From contig NC_057718.1 in assembly GCF_004010195.1 (NCBI RefSeq), forward strand, positions 35,125,777-35,189,776: DNA of 64,000 bases. The letters run 5' to 3'. Shown one piece after another: positions 1 to 12,704 of this stretch. How positions within the stretch are numbered: the stretch's first letter is position 1; every line of letters starts with the position of its first letter. The position numbers and the translations under genes were made by a program. Source of the DNA: Chiloscyllium plagiosum (Eukaryota). A model generated the notes under the pieces. The model had not been told where the DNA came from. It was given only the letters and a program-made list of their open reading frames with translations, and did not search any database.

Positions 1-395
1 AGGCTGAGGGGTGACCTTATAGAGGTTTACAAAATTATGAGGGGCATAGATAGGATAAAGAGACAAAGTATTTTCCCTGGGGTGGGGGAATCCAGAACTA
101 GAGGGCATAGGTTTAGGGTGAGAGGGGAAAGATATAAAAGAGACCTAAGGGGCAACTGTTTCACACAGAGGGTGGTATGTGTATGGAATGAGCTGCCAGA
201 GGATGTGGTGGAGGCTGGTACAATTGCAACATTTAATAGGCATTTGGATGGGTATAAGAATAGGAAGGGTTTGGAGGGATATGGGCCGAGTGCTGTCAGG
301 TGGGACTAGATTGGGTTGGGATATCTGGTCGGCATGGACGGGTTGGACCGAAGGGTCTGTTTCCATCCTGTACATCTCTATGACTATGACTCTAT
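1..395 (+). mobile_element. CR1-clade LINE (HER1-like) 3' end
   Basis: Encodes the CR1 ORF2 C-terminus (SRTRGHRFRVRG...FTQRVVCVWNELP). The 3' UTR ends in a TATGACT/CTATG microsatellite tail. Confidence 0.9.
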
Positions 396-1309
396 GTTGA
401 ATTGTTGAACGTTCTGAGACTGTCATTACCAAGAAAAATCTGCAAGAAGCAAGTAAATATCTCTGGATAGTCTGCTGGAGTTGTTTGCGTGACTTTGGAA
501 TTTGAGCAATGTATACAGTTCCATGTGCCTGTGAACACCTCACAGTCTAAAGATTTCATAATGGCCTGGCATTCATCATTTGAATTCCCTTGTTTAGCTG
601 TCAATTTATCTCTTAACTGTGTCCGTCTGTGTGTGTATGTGTTCATGAACAAAGACTAGAGTTAGATTGCAGATATTAATTAGATTATCTTGTTTAACTT
701 TGCCCTGCTAAAGGTTACATTGACAATCACAATTTTTTTTGGTTGAAGTTATAAACGTGGTTTCCAATATTTGTTGTACGTAAAGTCTGTTTCGGAATAA
801 TTGGGAATTTTGTGGGTGATCGAAGATTTTAGTTTCAGTGGGTTGCGAATCCAGTGGGAATGCAGCAGATTGGAATCAGTCCCATAGAGTGAGAGGGATC
901 GACATCATAGGGAAAGGCCCTTCAGTTCATGGTGTCAGCTTCAGTCAAAGCCAAGCACCTAGCCTATCAGTTGGCCCGTAGCCTTGGCATAACAAGTGCA
1001 TATCCAAATACTATTTCTGTGAGCTTCTGCTTCTGTGACCCTTACAGGCAGAGAGTTCCAGATTCCCACTGGATTACATCGTGATGGTGGGTGATTCTGA
1101 TAGTACGGATGTTTAGAGAGAGTTGTGGATGCTCGCTTCCTTGTTGAATAAATTTAAGCCCAGGTTACTTTTGGCTCCTCAGGGGATACAGGAAGCGGCC
1201 AGGAAAGTGGCCCAAGTGGCCCAAGATATATGTTGACGGGCTGACCACCCTTCCGATAGCTAACGTTCTTGTCAGTTTTTACAATCTGGACTTGAGCATG
1301 CAAGGTACA

Positions 1310-1980
1310 ATGGGAGAGTTAGCGGCAACTCAGAAAGCAGTGGGGAGGCAAATGGAGCACGGGCCTTTGTTCTAAAGGGAATGGAGTATAAACTTAGGGA
1401 GGTTTTGCCAAAACTATACAAATTGCCGCCAGATCACAGTCGGACCCCTTATCGAAAGAAAGACATACTGGTTTTGGAGGCAATCCAGAGAAGGCGCAGA
1501 GAGAGAGTGGGAGAGAGAGAGTGGGAGAGAGAGAGTGGGACAGAGGGACTATCACGTGAGGACAGATTGAGTAGGTTGGGTTTGTACTCAGTGGAGTTTA
1601 GATGAATGGGAGAGATATGCATGATTCTTCGAGGACTCGACAAGTTGGCTGTGGAGAGGGGGTTTCCCCTTGTGGGAGAGTCTAGGACCAGGGGCATCAC
1701 CTCAGAACAAGGAGTCACCGATTTATGGCAGAGATGAGGAGGGATTTCTTCCCTCAGAGGTGAGTGAATCTATAGAGTTCTTGACTCCAGAGGGGCTGTC
1801 GAGGCTAAGTCATTAAAGTCTATTTGAGTTTCTGAAGGAGACAGATTTAATCAGTAAATGAATCCACTGTTATGGAGACAAGGCAGCAGAGTAGAGTGGA
1901 GGGTTATCAGACCATGCCGTGATCTCACTGAATGGTAGGGTAGACTCAATGGGCTGAATGCCCTATTCTGCTTATGGTCT
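1310..1980 (+). mobile_element. Degenerate CR1 LINE 3' portion
   Basis: Motifs LYK..., KKDILVLEAIQRR and LSRLGLYSVEFR, plus a SRTRGH-like segment. GA microsatellite at ~1497-1545. Confidence 0.8.
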
Positions 1981-2069
1981 TAGGATGGCATCAGACTACA
2001 AAAAGACACTAACAGACTGATGGATATGGCACACCGAGGTTAATGCACTGAAGTGACAAGTGATAGATT

Positions 2070-2950
2070 TTAAGAGAGCGAGAGAGAGGGAGTGAGAGAG
2101 AGGGAGTGAGAGAGAGGGTGAGCAAGAGAGAGGGAGTGAGAGAGAGCGTGAGCGAGAGAGAGGGGGTGAGAGAGGGAGTGAGAGAGAGAGAGNNNNNNNN
2201 NNNNNNNNNNNNNNNNNNNNNNNNNNNNNNNNNNNNNNNNNNNNNNNNNNNNNNNNNNNNNNNNNNNNNNNNNNNNNNNNNNNNNNNNNNNNNNNNNNNN
2301 NNNNNNNNNNNNNNNNNNNNNNNNNNNNNNNNNNNNNNNNNNNNNNNNNNNNNNNNNNNNNNNNNNNNNNNNNNNNNNNNNNNNNNNNNNNNNNNNNNNN
2401 NNNNNNNNNNNNNNNNNNNNNNNNNNNNNNNNNNNNNNNNNNNNNNNNNNNNNNNNNNNNNNNNNNNNNNNNNNNNNNNNNNNNNNNNNNNNNNNNNNNN
2501 NNNNNNNNNNNNNNNNNNNNNNNNNNNNNNNNNNNNNNNNNNNNNNNNNNNNNNNNNNNNNNNNNNNNNNNNNNNNNNNNNNNNNNNNNNNNNNNNNNNN
2601 NNNNNNNNNNNNNNNNNNNNNNNNNNNNNNNNNNNNNNNNNNNNNNNNNNNNNNNNNNNNNNNNNNNNNNNNNNNNNNNNNNNNNNNNNNNNNNNNNNNN
2701 NNNNNNNNNNNNNNNNNNNNNNNNNNNNNNNNNNNNNNNNNNNNNNNNNNNNNNNGAGGGAGGGAAAGAGAGGGAGGGAGGGGGAGGGAGGGAGAGGGGG
2801 AGGAAGGGAGAGAGGGGGAGGGAGGGAGAGAGAGGGAGGGAGGGAGAGAGAGGGAGGGAGAGGGGGAGAGAGGGAGGGAGAGAGGGGGAGAGAGGAAGAG
2901 AGAGAGAGAGGGAGGGAGGGAGAGGGAGGGAGAGAGCGAGAGAGCAGGGG
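2070..2950. repeat. GA/GGGA purine-rich simple repeat spanning an assembly gap
   Basis: (GA)n and GAGGG runs on both sides of the N run at 2193-2755. Confidence 0.9.
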
Positions 2951-3139
2951 AGTGCGATAACTGGGGAGCCCTTGCCAAGAGCTGGCATAGTTCCAGTGGG
3001 CTGAAAGATTTCTTTGTATCATTTCTCTTTTCTCCTCTCCCCAAAGTGATTACATTCAACTTTCCATGTTCACCTCCTTCTTCCCCATAGGACAGGGACA
3101 GCATCGTGTGTCATTAAAGGTGCAGCGACTCAGCAAGCT

Positions 3140-3420
3140 TCAGTGACATGTGACACGGCCCATGGCCACCTCCATCTGGAAGGACACAGCAGATACATGA
3201 GACCCCCATCGCCTGCAAGCTCCCCCCCCAGCCACGCACCATCCTGAATTGGAAATATATCGCAGCTCCTTCGCTGTCGCTGGGCCAGAATACTGGAATT
3301 CCCCTCCCTAAGGGCATTGTGGGACTGCAGCGGTTCAAGAAGGTAGCTAACCCCCCCCAAGGGGGCAACTAGGGACGGGCATTAAGTGCCGGTCCAGCCA
3401 GTGACGCCCACATCCCAAGA
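3140..3420 (+). mobile_element. LINE 3' end (CR1/L2-group, second family)
   Basis: Similar to 24660-24970 (TGGAATTCCCTC...GGCATTGTGGG...CAGCGGTTCAAG). Ends in GCCAGTGACGCCCACATCC, a tail also seen on the SINEs at 23.6 kb and 53 kb. Confidence 0.7.
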
Positions 3421-4559
3421 ACTCATCACGGAAACGTCATGGCTCCGAATGAGTAGTGGGTGTTCGAAAGGACAAGTTGGATGGTCATTGGAGCCGTCGG
3501 TCACTGTTGGTCTGACAGGAGGGCTTGGAGCTAACACAGTGGAGACATTTTGAACAGGAAGGGGCAAGAAGGAAGGAGCAAGAGGGCAAACTGACCAGGG
3601 AGGGAGGCAAGGAGTATCAACCAGTGTGGTTGACCTTGCAACTGGAGAGTAAGGGAATCTGCACACTGAGAGTTAAAGGCAGGGAGAAAGCGTGCCTGGG
3701 CTGTGGGATGACAGATGCAGTGTGGACAGTGAAGACAGCTTAATAGGGAAAGGGGTAAATCTTTCGCTCAGACCATCTGTACCATGTTATGTGAGGTGTG
3801 TCATCTCCATTAACCACTCCACCTCTGTTTGGTTCCAATTGTTGGAAATGGTCTCGGAGATTGCGCTATTCCCTGCATTATTCACTTAGAATGGTAATTA
3901 TTATAGAAGTGATATTCTTCATTGAAGACAGGCTCAGGAGATCTTCACAGACAGTGGCAAGTCTTCAAGGCCCAGTCACTGCTGTGGTGTAGGACACCTC
4001 TTACCTACATAACCAGGTCCCACGTGCATCAACAAGAAGACTGTCTCCATCACTGCGGCTCTTGAGGGGGTCAATATTGACTGGGAAATTCGTGACAATC
4101 CCCTACTCATGATCTTCCAAGGGATATTCTGCACGCCACTGAACAGGTCAGGGAGGTACTAAATGTAACACCTCGTTGATAAAATCTCCTCTGCCGAAGG
4201 TGCCAACCCTCACTAGCTGGGAGGGTGGGGTACAGACCCCACCTCTGCTGCAGGGGCTGACCCTGTCCACAGGGTAGAGGCTGGTCTGCTACGCACAAGG
4301 AGTGTTGCCAGAGGTCTTGTGTCCAGGGGAAGTTTTGTCCTAACCTGTCCTGTTCTGTACTGAGGTGCACACAGGATTTCTCACTGGGAGGCGATCAGGA
4401 CTAGAAACGCTGTCTCATTTTCGCCATCACAGAATTCCAGTCTTGGATATCTGCTCCCTGTGGGAACCCCTGCTTGTGGGGATACCCCAGCACCTTGGAC
4501 GAGTCAGCTAGCCATTGGCTTCTGTTGCTTGTAGAGTTGGTTAGTTCAAACTGACCTTG

Positions 4560-5090
4560 CAGTGGGCGCAAGTTAATGGTGGGGTGGGGGAAGGGAAAGT
4601 GGGGGTGGGGGGCTTAGCTTTAACCGAGAGGGGCACTTGGCTAGACGGTTGCCCAGCCTCTTCAGAACCGGCTGGTACAACGTGCGTTCAGATAGCACCT
4701 GTCACGACCTCAGGACGCGGTCACCACTCCCCCCTTCCCCCACTCTCCCCCAACACCTCACAGTCAACGAAGGGTTTACGGAGCGCAGGAGGCGTTAAAT
4801 GTTGGGGAAACGCAGCGGTCGCTTTGCGCACAGCATGATCCCACACGCCAGGCAGGTCAAGCGAATGCCCGGCTCATGTGTGTCGGTGATTGTCGGGGGA
4901 GGGGGGTTGGGGGGAGGTGATGGTGTACGGGTGCGAGAGTTGGCATGCTCCGTGTTTCCCACTTTCTCCCAGCGGGTCTGGACGCAATGAGAGACGTCCA
5001 GGAGGAGGCGGTATTATCAGACCCTTGCCTGACGTGACAAATATCCTCAGCCCGAGTTCGTTGGTTGTGTCCTCAAACCGATTTAACCAG
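4560..5090. promoter_or_regulatory. CpG-rich, promoter-like region with G-tracts
   Basis: Visibly higher CpG density than the rest of the unique sequence. G-run clusters at ~4578-4612 and ~4894-4917, and TGACGT at ~5030. Confidence 0.45.
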
Positions 5091-5454
5091 TGATATCCAT
5101 CAGGGGGCACTACTGACCATGTAATATCAAGAGGAATCCCTCTCGGTGATCAATTACAACAACAAATCTCACCAGGAATTGCAGTAGCACATGAGATTTT
5201 AACAACAGTTCCTCTTGGGGAGTGAGCTACAGGTCATTGCCCTTACCTACCACTTCAGACGGGCATCTGAGACTCATGCATTTAACTTTGGGATGGAGTC
5301 ACATATAGTCCTTGTCAATTCTGGGCCTCTTCCCTAAAAGGATGTGAGTGAACTTAGTTGGGTTTTTAATGAAACTTTGATAGCATCATGGTTACTTTAA
5401 TGGATACTGAACAATTTGTGGAATGGGAATCACATTCCAGACGGTCAACAACAT

Positions 5455-5765
5455 TGGATTCCCTTGGGTGTGGAAGCAGATCATTCGGCCCATCGAGCCC
5501 ACACTGACCTTCCTAAGAGCATCCCACCCAGACTCAACCTCCGACCCTTTCCCTGTAACTTTGCGTTTCCCAGGGTCATCCATCGAGCCTACACATCCCT
5601 GGACACTATGGACAATTTAGAATGACCAAACTGTACATCTTTGGACTGTGGGAGGAAACCGGAGCAGCCGGAGGAAACCCACACAGACACGGGGAGAATG
5701 TGCAAACTCCACAGACGGTCACCCGAGGCTGGAATCGAACCTGGGACCCTGGCGCTGTGAGGTAC
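5455..5765 (-). mobile_element. HE1-like V-SINE (5' truncated)
   Basis: Reverse complement carries the V-SINE core (GTGGAGTTTGCACATTCTCCCCGTGTCTGTGTGGGTTTCC) and the B-box GGTTCGATTCC. Confidence 0.85.
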
Positions 5766-5869
5766 TGGGCCATCCTAAATGAGCCCTATGTAACTACTGC
5801 ATTATGTATTATCAGAGAATACCAGCTCAGACAGAATAGGCCATTCAGCCCCTTGACCCTGACACACTC

Positions 5870-8800
5870 TAAAGATCATGGCTTTACACGGAGTAAAGGT
5901 CATGGCTTTACACGGAGTAAAGGTCATGGCTTTACACAGAGTAAAGGTCATGGTTTTACACGGAGTAAAGGTCATGGCTTTACACGGAGTAAAGGTCATG
6001 CTTTACATGGAGCAAAGGTCATGGTTTTACACAGAGTAAAGATCATGCCTTTACACGGAATAATGATCATGGCTTTACATGGATTAAAGATCATGGGTTT
6101 ACACGGAGTAACGATCATGGTTTTACACGGAGTAAAGATCATGGCTTTACACGGAGTAAAGGTCATGACTTAACATGGAGTAACGATCATGGCTTTACAC
6201 GGAATAAAGATCATGCCTTTACACGGAATAACGATGATGGCTTTACATGTAGTAAAGGTCATGGTTTTACACGGAGTAACGATCATGGCTTTACACGGAA
6301 TAAAGATCATGGCTTTACACGGAGTAAAGATCATGGCTTCACACGGAGTAAAGATCATGGGTTTACACACGGAGTAAAGGTCACGGGTTTACATGGAGTA
6401 AAGATCATGGCTACACACGGAGAAAAGATCATGGGTTTACACGGAGTAAAGGTCATGGCTTTACACGGAGTAAAGGTCATGGTTTTACACGGAGTAAAGA
6501 TCATGGCTTTACACGGAGTAAAGGTCATGGCTTTCCACGGAGTAAAGATCATGGCTTTACACGGAGTAAAGGTCATGTGTTTACACGGAGTAAAGGTCAT
6601 GGCTTTACACGGAGTAAAGTATATCGCTTTATATGGAGTAAAGATCATGGGTTTACACGGAGTAAAGATCATGGGTTTACACGGAGTAAAGTATATGGCT
6701 TTACACGGAGTAAAGGTCATGCGTTTACATGGAGTAAAGATCATGGCTTTACACGGAGTAAAGATCATGNNNNNNNNNNNNNNNNNNNNNNNNNNNNNNN
6801 NNNNNNNNNNNNNNNNNNNNNNNNNNNNNNNNNNNNNNNNNNNNNNNNNNNNNNNNNNNNNNNNNNNNNNNNNNNNNNNNNNNNNNNNNNNNNNNNNNNN
6901 NNNNNNNNNNNNNNNNNNNNNNNNNNNNNNNNNNNNNNNNNNNNNNNNNNNNNNNNNNNNNNNNNNNNNNNNNNNNNNNNNNNNNNNNNNNNNNNNNGGA
7001 GTAAAGGTCATGGTTTAACACGGAGTAAATGTCATGGTTTTAATCAGAGTAAAGGTCATGGGTTTACACAGAGCAAAGATCATGGCTTTACACGGAGTAA
7101 AGGTCATGGTTTTGCACAGAGTAAAGGTCATGGCTTTACACGGAGTAAAGATCATGGCTTTTCACGGAGTAAAGGTCATGGGTTTACACGGAGTAAAGAT
7201 CATGGCTTTACGCGGAGTAAAGGTCATGGTTTTACACAGAGTAAAGATCGTGGCTTTACACGGAGTAAAGGTCATGGTTTTACACTGAGTAAAGGTCATG
7301 GTTTTCACAGAGTAAAGGTCATGCCTTTACACGGAGTAAAGTTCATGCCTTTACACGGAGTAAAGGTCACGGGTTTACACGGAGTAAAGGTCACGGGTTT
7401 ACACGGAGTAAAGATCATGGCTTTACATGGAGTAAAGATCATGGCTTCACACGGAGTAAAGGTCATGGCTTTACACGGAGTAAAGGTCATGGCTTTACAT
7501 AGAGTAAAGATTATGGCTTTACACAGAGTAAAGGTCATGGCTTTACATAGAGTAAAGATCATGGCTTTACACAGAGTAAAGGTCACGGGTTTACACGGAG
7601 TAAAGATCACGGCTTTACACGGAGTATCGATCATGGTTTACACGGTGAAAAGATCATAGCTTTACACAGAGTAAAGATGATGGGTTTACACGGAGTGAAC
7701 GTCACGGCTTTACACGGAATAAACGTCACGGCTTTACACAGAGTAAAGATCATGGCTTTACATGGAGTAAAGATCATGGCTTCACACGGAGTAAAGATCA
7801 TGGGTTTACACGGAGTAAAGGTCACGGGTTTACATGGAGTAAAGAGCATGGCTACACACGGAGTAAAGATCATGGGTTTACACGGAGTAAAGGTCATGGC
7901 TTTACACGGAGTAAATGTCACGGCTTTACACGGAGTAAAGGTCACGGCTTTGCATGGAATAAAGATCATGGTTTTACACAGGATAAAGGTCATGGTTTGA
8001 CACGGAGTTAAGATCATGGCTTTACACGGAGTAAACGTCACGGCTTTACACAGAGTTAAGATCATGGGTTTACACGGAGTAAACATCACGGCTTTACACG
8101 GAGTAAAGATCATGGCTTTACACGGAGCAAAGGTCATGGCTTTACACGGAGTAAAGGTCATGGCTTTACACGGAGTAAAGATCATGCCTTTACACGGAAT
8201 AACGATGATGGCTTTACACGGAGTAACGATCATGGCTTTACACGGAGTAAAGGTCATGTGTTTACATGGAGTAAAGGTCATGGCTTTACACGGAGTAAAG
8301 TATATCGCTTTATATGGAGTAAAGATCATGGGTTTACACGGAGTAAAGATTATGGGTTTACACGGAGTAAAGGTCATGTGTTTACACGGAGTAAAGATCA
8401 TGGTTTTACATGGAGCTAAGGTCATGGGTTTACATGGAGTAAAGATCATGCCTTTACATGGAATAACGATGATGGCTTTACACGGAGTAAAGATCATGCC
8501 TTTACACAGAATAACGATGAGGGCTTTACACGGAGTAAAGATCATGGGTTTACACGGAGTAACGATCATGGCTTTACACGGAATAAACATCATGGTTTTA
8601 CACGGAGTAAAGGTCATGGTTTAACACGGAGTAAAGATCATGGTTTGACACGGAGTAAAGATCATGGTTTTACACGGAGTAAAGATCATGGTTTGACACG
8701 GAGTAAAGATCATGGTTTTACACGGAGTAACAATCATGGCTTTACACGGAATAAAGATCATGGCTTTACACGGAGTTAAGATCATGGCTTCACACGGAGT

Positions 8801-11109
8801 AAAGATCATGGGTTTACACGGAGTAAAGATCACGGGTTTACACGGAGTAAAGGTCATGGCACCACACGGAGTAAAGATCATGGGTTTACACAGAGTAAAG
8901 GTCATGGCTTTACACGGAGTAAAGGTCATGGTTTTACACGGAGTAAAGATCATGGCTTTACACGGAATAAACGTCACGGCTTTACATGGAGTGAAGGTCA
9001 TGGTTGTACACGGAGTAAATGTTATGGCTTTACACGGAATAAACGTCATGGCTTTACACGGAGTAAAGATCATGGCTTTACACGGAGTAAAGGGCATGGC
9101 TTTACATGGAGTAAAGATCACGGCTTCACACGGAGTAAAGATCATGGGTTTACACGGAGTAAAGGTCACGGGTTTACACGGAGTAAAGATCACGGCTTTA
9201 CACGGAGTAACGATCATGGCTTTACACGGAGTAAAGATCATGGCTTTACACGGAGTAAAGGGCATGGCTTTACATGGAATAAAGGTCATGGCTTTACACG
9301 GAGTAAATGTCACGGCTTTACATGGAATAAAGATCATGGTTTTACACAGGATAAAGGTCATGGTTTGACACGGAGTTAAGATCATGGCTTTACACGGAGT
9401 AAATGTCACGGCTTTACACAGAGTAAAGGTCACGGCTTTACATGGAATAAAGATCATGGTTTTACACAGGATAAAGGTCATGGTTTGACACGGAGTTAAG
9501 ATCATGGCTTTACACGGAGTAAACATCACGGCTTTACACGGAGTAAAGATCATGGCTTTACACGGAGCAAAGGTCATGGCTTTACACGGAGTAAAGGTCA
9601 TGGCTTTACACGGAGTAAAGATCATGCCTTTACACGGAATAATGATGATGGCTTTACACGGAGTAACGATCATGCCTTTACACGGAATAAAGATGATAGC
9701 TTTACACGGAGTAAAGATTATGGGTTTACACGGAATAACGATGATGGCTTTACACGGAATAACGATGATGGCTTTACACGGAGTAAAGGTCATGGTTTTA
9801 CACGGAGTAAAGATCAGTGCTTTACACGGAGTAAAGATCATGGCTTTACACGGAATGACGATGATGGCTTTACACGGAGTAAAGGTCATGGTTTTACACG
9901 GAGTAAAGATCATGCCTTTACACAGAATAAAGGTCATGGTTTTACACGGAGTAAAGGTCATGGCTTTACACAGAGTAAAGGTCACGGGTTTACACGGAGT
10001 AAAGGTCATAGTTTTACACGGAGTAAAGATCATGGCTTTACACTGAGTAAAGGTCAAGGGTTTACACGGATTAAAGGTCATGGCTTTACACGGAGCAAAG
10101 GTCATGGCTTTACACGGAGTAAAGATCATGGTTTTACATGGAGTAAAGGTCATGGGTTTACACGTAGTAAAGATCATGGTTTTACATGGAGTAAAGGTCA
10201 TGGCTTTACACGGAGTAAAGATCATGGTTTTACATGGAGTAAAGGTCATGGGTTTACACGGAGTAAAGATCATGGCTTTACACGGTGTAAACGTCATGTG
10301 TTTACACGGAGTTAAGGTCATGGCTTTACACGGAGTAAAGTATATGGCTTTATACGGAGTAAAGATCATGGGTTTACACGGAGTAAAGGTCATGGCTTTA
10401 CACGGAGTAACGTATATGGCTTTATACGGAGTAAAGGTCATGGGTTTACATGGAGTAAAGATCATGGGTCTACACGGAGTAACGATCATGGCTTTACACG
10501 GAATAAACATCATGGTTTTACACGGAGTAAAGATCATGGTTTTACACGGAGTAAAGGTCATGCCTTTACACGGAGTAATGATCATGGCTTTACGCGGAGT
10601 AAAGTTCATGCCTTTACACGGAGTAAAGGTCATGGCTTTACACGGAGTAAAGATCATGGCTTCACACGGAGTAAAGGTCATGGCTTTACACGGAGTAACG
10701 ATCATGGCTTTACACGGAGTAAAGGTGATAGTTTTACACGGAGTAAAGGTCATGGTTTTACACGGAATACAGATCATGGCTTTACACGGAGTAAATGTCA
10801 TGGCTTTACATGGAGTAAAGGTCATGGCTTTACACGGAGTAAAGATCATGGCATACACGGAGTAAAGATCATGGTTTGACACGGAGTAAAGATGATGCCT
10901 TTACACGGAGTAAAGGTCATGGCTTTACACGGAGTAAAGGTCATGGCTTTACACGGAGTAAAGGTCATGGTTTTACACGGAGTAAAGGTCATGGTTTTAC
11001 ACGGAGTAAAGATCATGGCTTTACACGGAGTAAAGGTCATGGTTTTATACGGAGTAAAGATCATGGCTTTACGTGGAGTGAAGATCATGGCTTTACACGG
11101 AGTAAAGGT
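5870..11109. repeat. Tandem minisatellite, 24-bp unit ATGGCTTTACACGGAGTAAAG(G/A)TC, about 210 sequenced copies, with an internal gap
   Basis: Directly visible. Gives 8-aa periodic translations (MALHGVKV / MTFTPCKA). N gap at 6770-6997. Confidence 0.98.
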
Positions 11110-11119
11110 TGATCAGGAA

Positions 11120-11740
11120 CAGGCCTTTGTTTGTTTGCCTTTATTGGTCAATGCTTTGAGTACAGGTGTCATGTTGCAACTGTACAAGACATTGGTTTGG
11201 CCACTTTTGAAGTACTATGTGTAATTCTGTTCTCCCTGCTATAGGAAGGATGTTATGAAATTTAAGAGGGTTCTGAAAAGATTTACAAGGATCTTGCCAG
11301 GGTTGGAACTATAAGGAGAGGCTGCTAAGGCTGGGGCTGATTTCCATGGAGTGTTGGAGGCTGAGGGGTGACCTTAGAGAAGTTTATTAAATCATGAGAG
11401 GCATGGATAGCGTGAACAGACAAGGGCTTTTCTCTGGGATGGGGGAGTCCAAAACTAGAGGGCATAGGTTTAGGGTGAGAGAGGAAAGACTTAAAAGGGA
11501 CCTCATGGGCAACAGTTTTACACAGACGGAGGTGCATATATGGAATAAGCTGCCAAAGAGAGGGTTGGTACAATTACAACATTCAAAAGGATCTGGATGG
11601 ATCTATGAATAGGAAGGGTTTAGAGCAATACGGACCAAATGCTGACAAATGAGACTAGATTAATTTCAGATATCTGGTCGGCATGGACAAGTTAGACTGA
11701 AGGGTTTATTTTCATGCTGTACATCTTTATGACTCTAAAT
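11120..11740 (+). mobile_element. CR1/HER1-like LINE 3' portion
   Basis: Motifs LQLYKTLVWPLL.Y and SKTRGHRFRVR. Same 3' UTR as 1-395, with an ATGACTCTA tail. Confidence 0.9.
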
Positions 11741-12004
11741 AGATCAGGGAGATTGGTCAAGGCATTACCTAGACTAACTCTGTGAAGCCTGAGACTATGG
11801 GGAAGATGTATAAAATGTAAATATGTTTGGGACCAAGGCTTAGGGGGAGATGTAGAATAATGGGGTTGACATCAGAAACATAGATGATGATGATGTAACA
11901 ATGATGTCAGAGTTACATGACTAGATACAGCAATAAGGAATAAAGTCAAAAGAATTAAACTTGAGAGAAGGTTCAATGTACATTGATACCTAATTGTAAT
12001 AAAG

Positions 12005-12298
12005 TATTAGATTAGATTCCCTACAGTGTGGAAACAGTCCTTCGACCCAACAAGTCCACACTGACCCTTCGAAGAGCAACCCACCCAGACCCATTCCTCT
12101 ACATTCACCCTTGACTAATACTACAGACAATTTACCTAACCTGCACATCTTTGGCTGTGGGAGGAAACCAGAGCAAACCCATGCAGGCACAGGGAGAATG
12201 TGCAAACTCTACACAGACAGTTGCCCGAGGTGGGAATTGAACCTGGGTCCCTGGTGCTGTGAGGCAGCAGTGCTAACCACTGAGCCACCGTGCTGCCC
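12005..12298 (-). mobile_element. HE1-like V-SINE
   Basis: tRNA-like head GGTGGCTCAGTGGTTAGCACTGCTGCCTCACAGC on the minus strand, V core, and (TCTAA)n tail. Confidence 0.92.
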
Positions 12299-12704
12299 CA
12301 GAATTCTCGAATAAGGATACCATGGACTCCAACAGTGTACCTTTTGGAGACTAGACAACACACAATAGCCCCCTATAACTTGACCAAGCAGGACATCGGG
12401 ATGAGTGCTAAGTTCTTGCTCGTGTTACCCATAAGTTGGAATGAGGATATAAAAATCATCTGGTACAGACATGGATAATGAGCACCAGCAATGAATCCTG
12501 GAGGTGCTCATGGAAACAATACTATAGTATGGAAATGGGAGAGGTTTGAGAGCTGAGCGTGATGTGTGGAAGGGAAGGCAGAGAATGCTGTTCAAAAGAA
12601 AACATTCATAATTATTTCTTTTTCCTTCCTCTAACCCAGAGGCACTGAGACGAGTAGCTGCTGAACAGCCAATTTGGATATGTTGAGATATAGATTTCTA
12701 CATT

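Noticed and set aside
1996..3104. Long Pro/Ser/Leu and Arg/Glu/Gly ORFs
   Set aside because: These are translations of a GA simple repeat running through an N gap.
3990..4110. Minus-strand exon ending at TAG|GTAAGA (~4004)
   Set aside because: The donor is good, but two frames are open, neither peptide is recognisable, and the upstream ATG abuts a SINE relic.
5870..11109. CRISPR array (24-bp palindromic repeats)
   Set aside because: The units are contiguous with no unique spacers, there are no cas genes, and the context is vertebrate-like.
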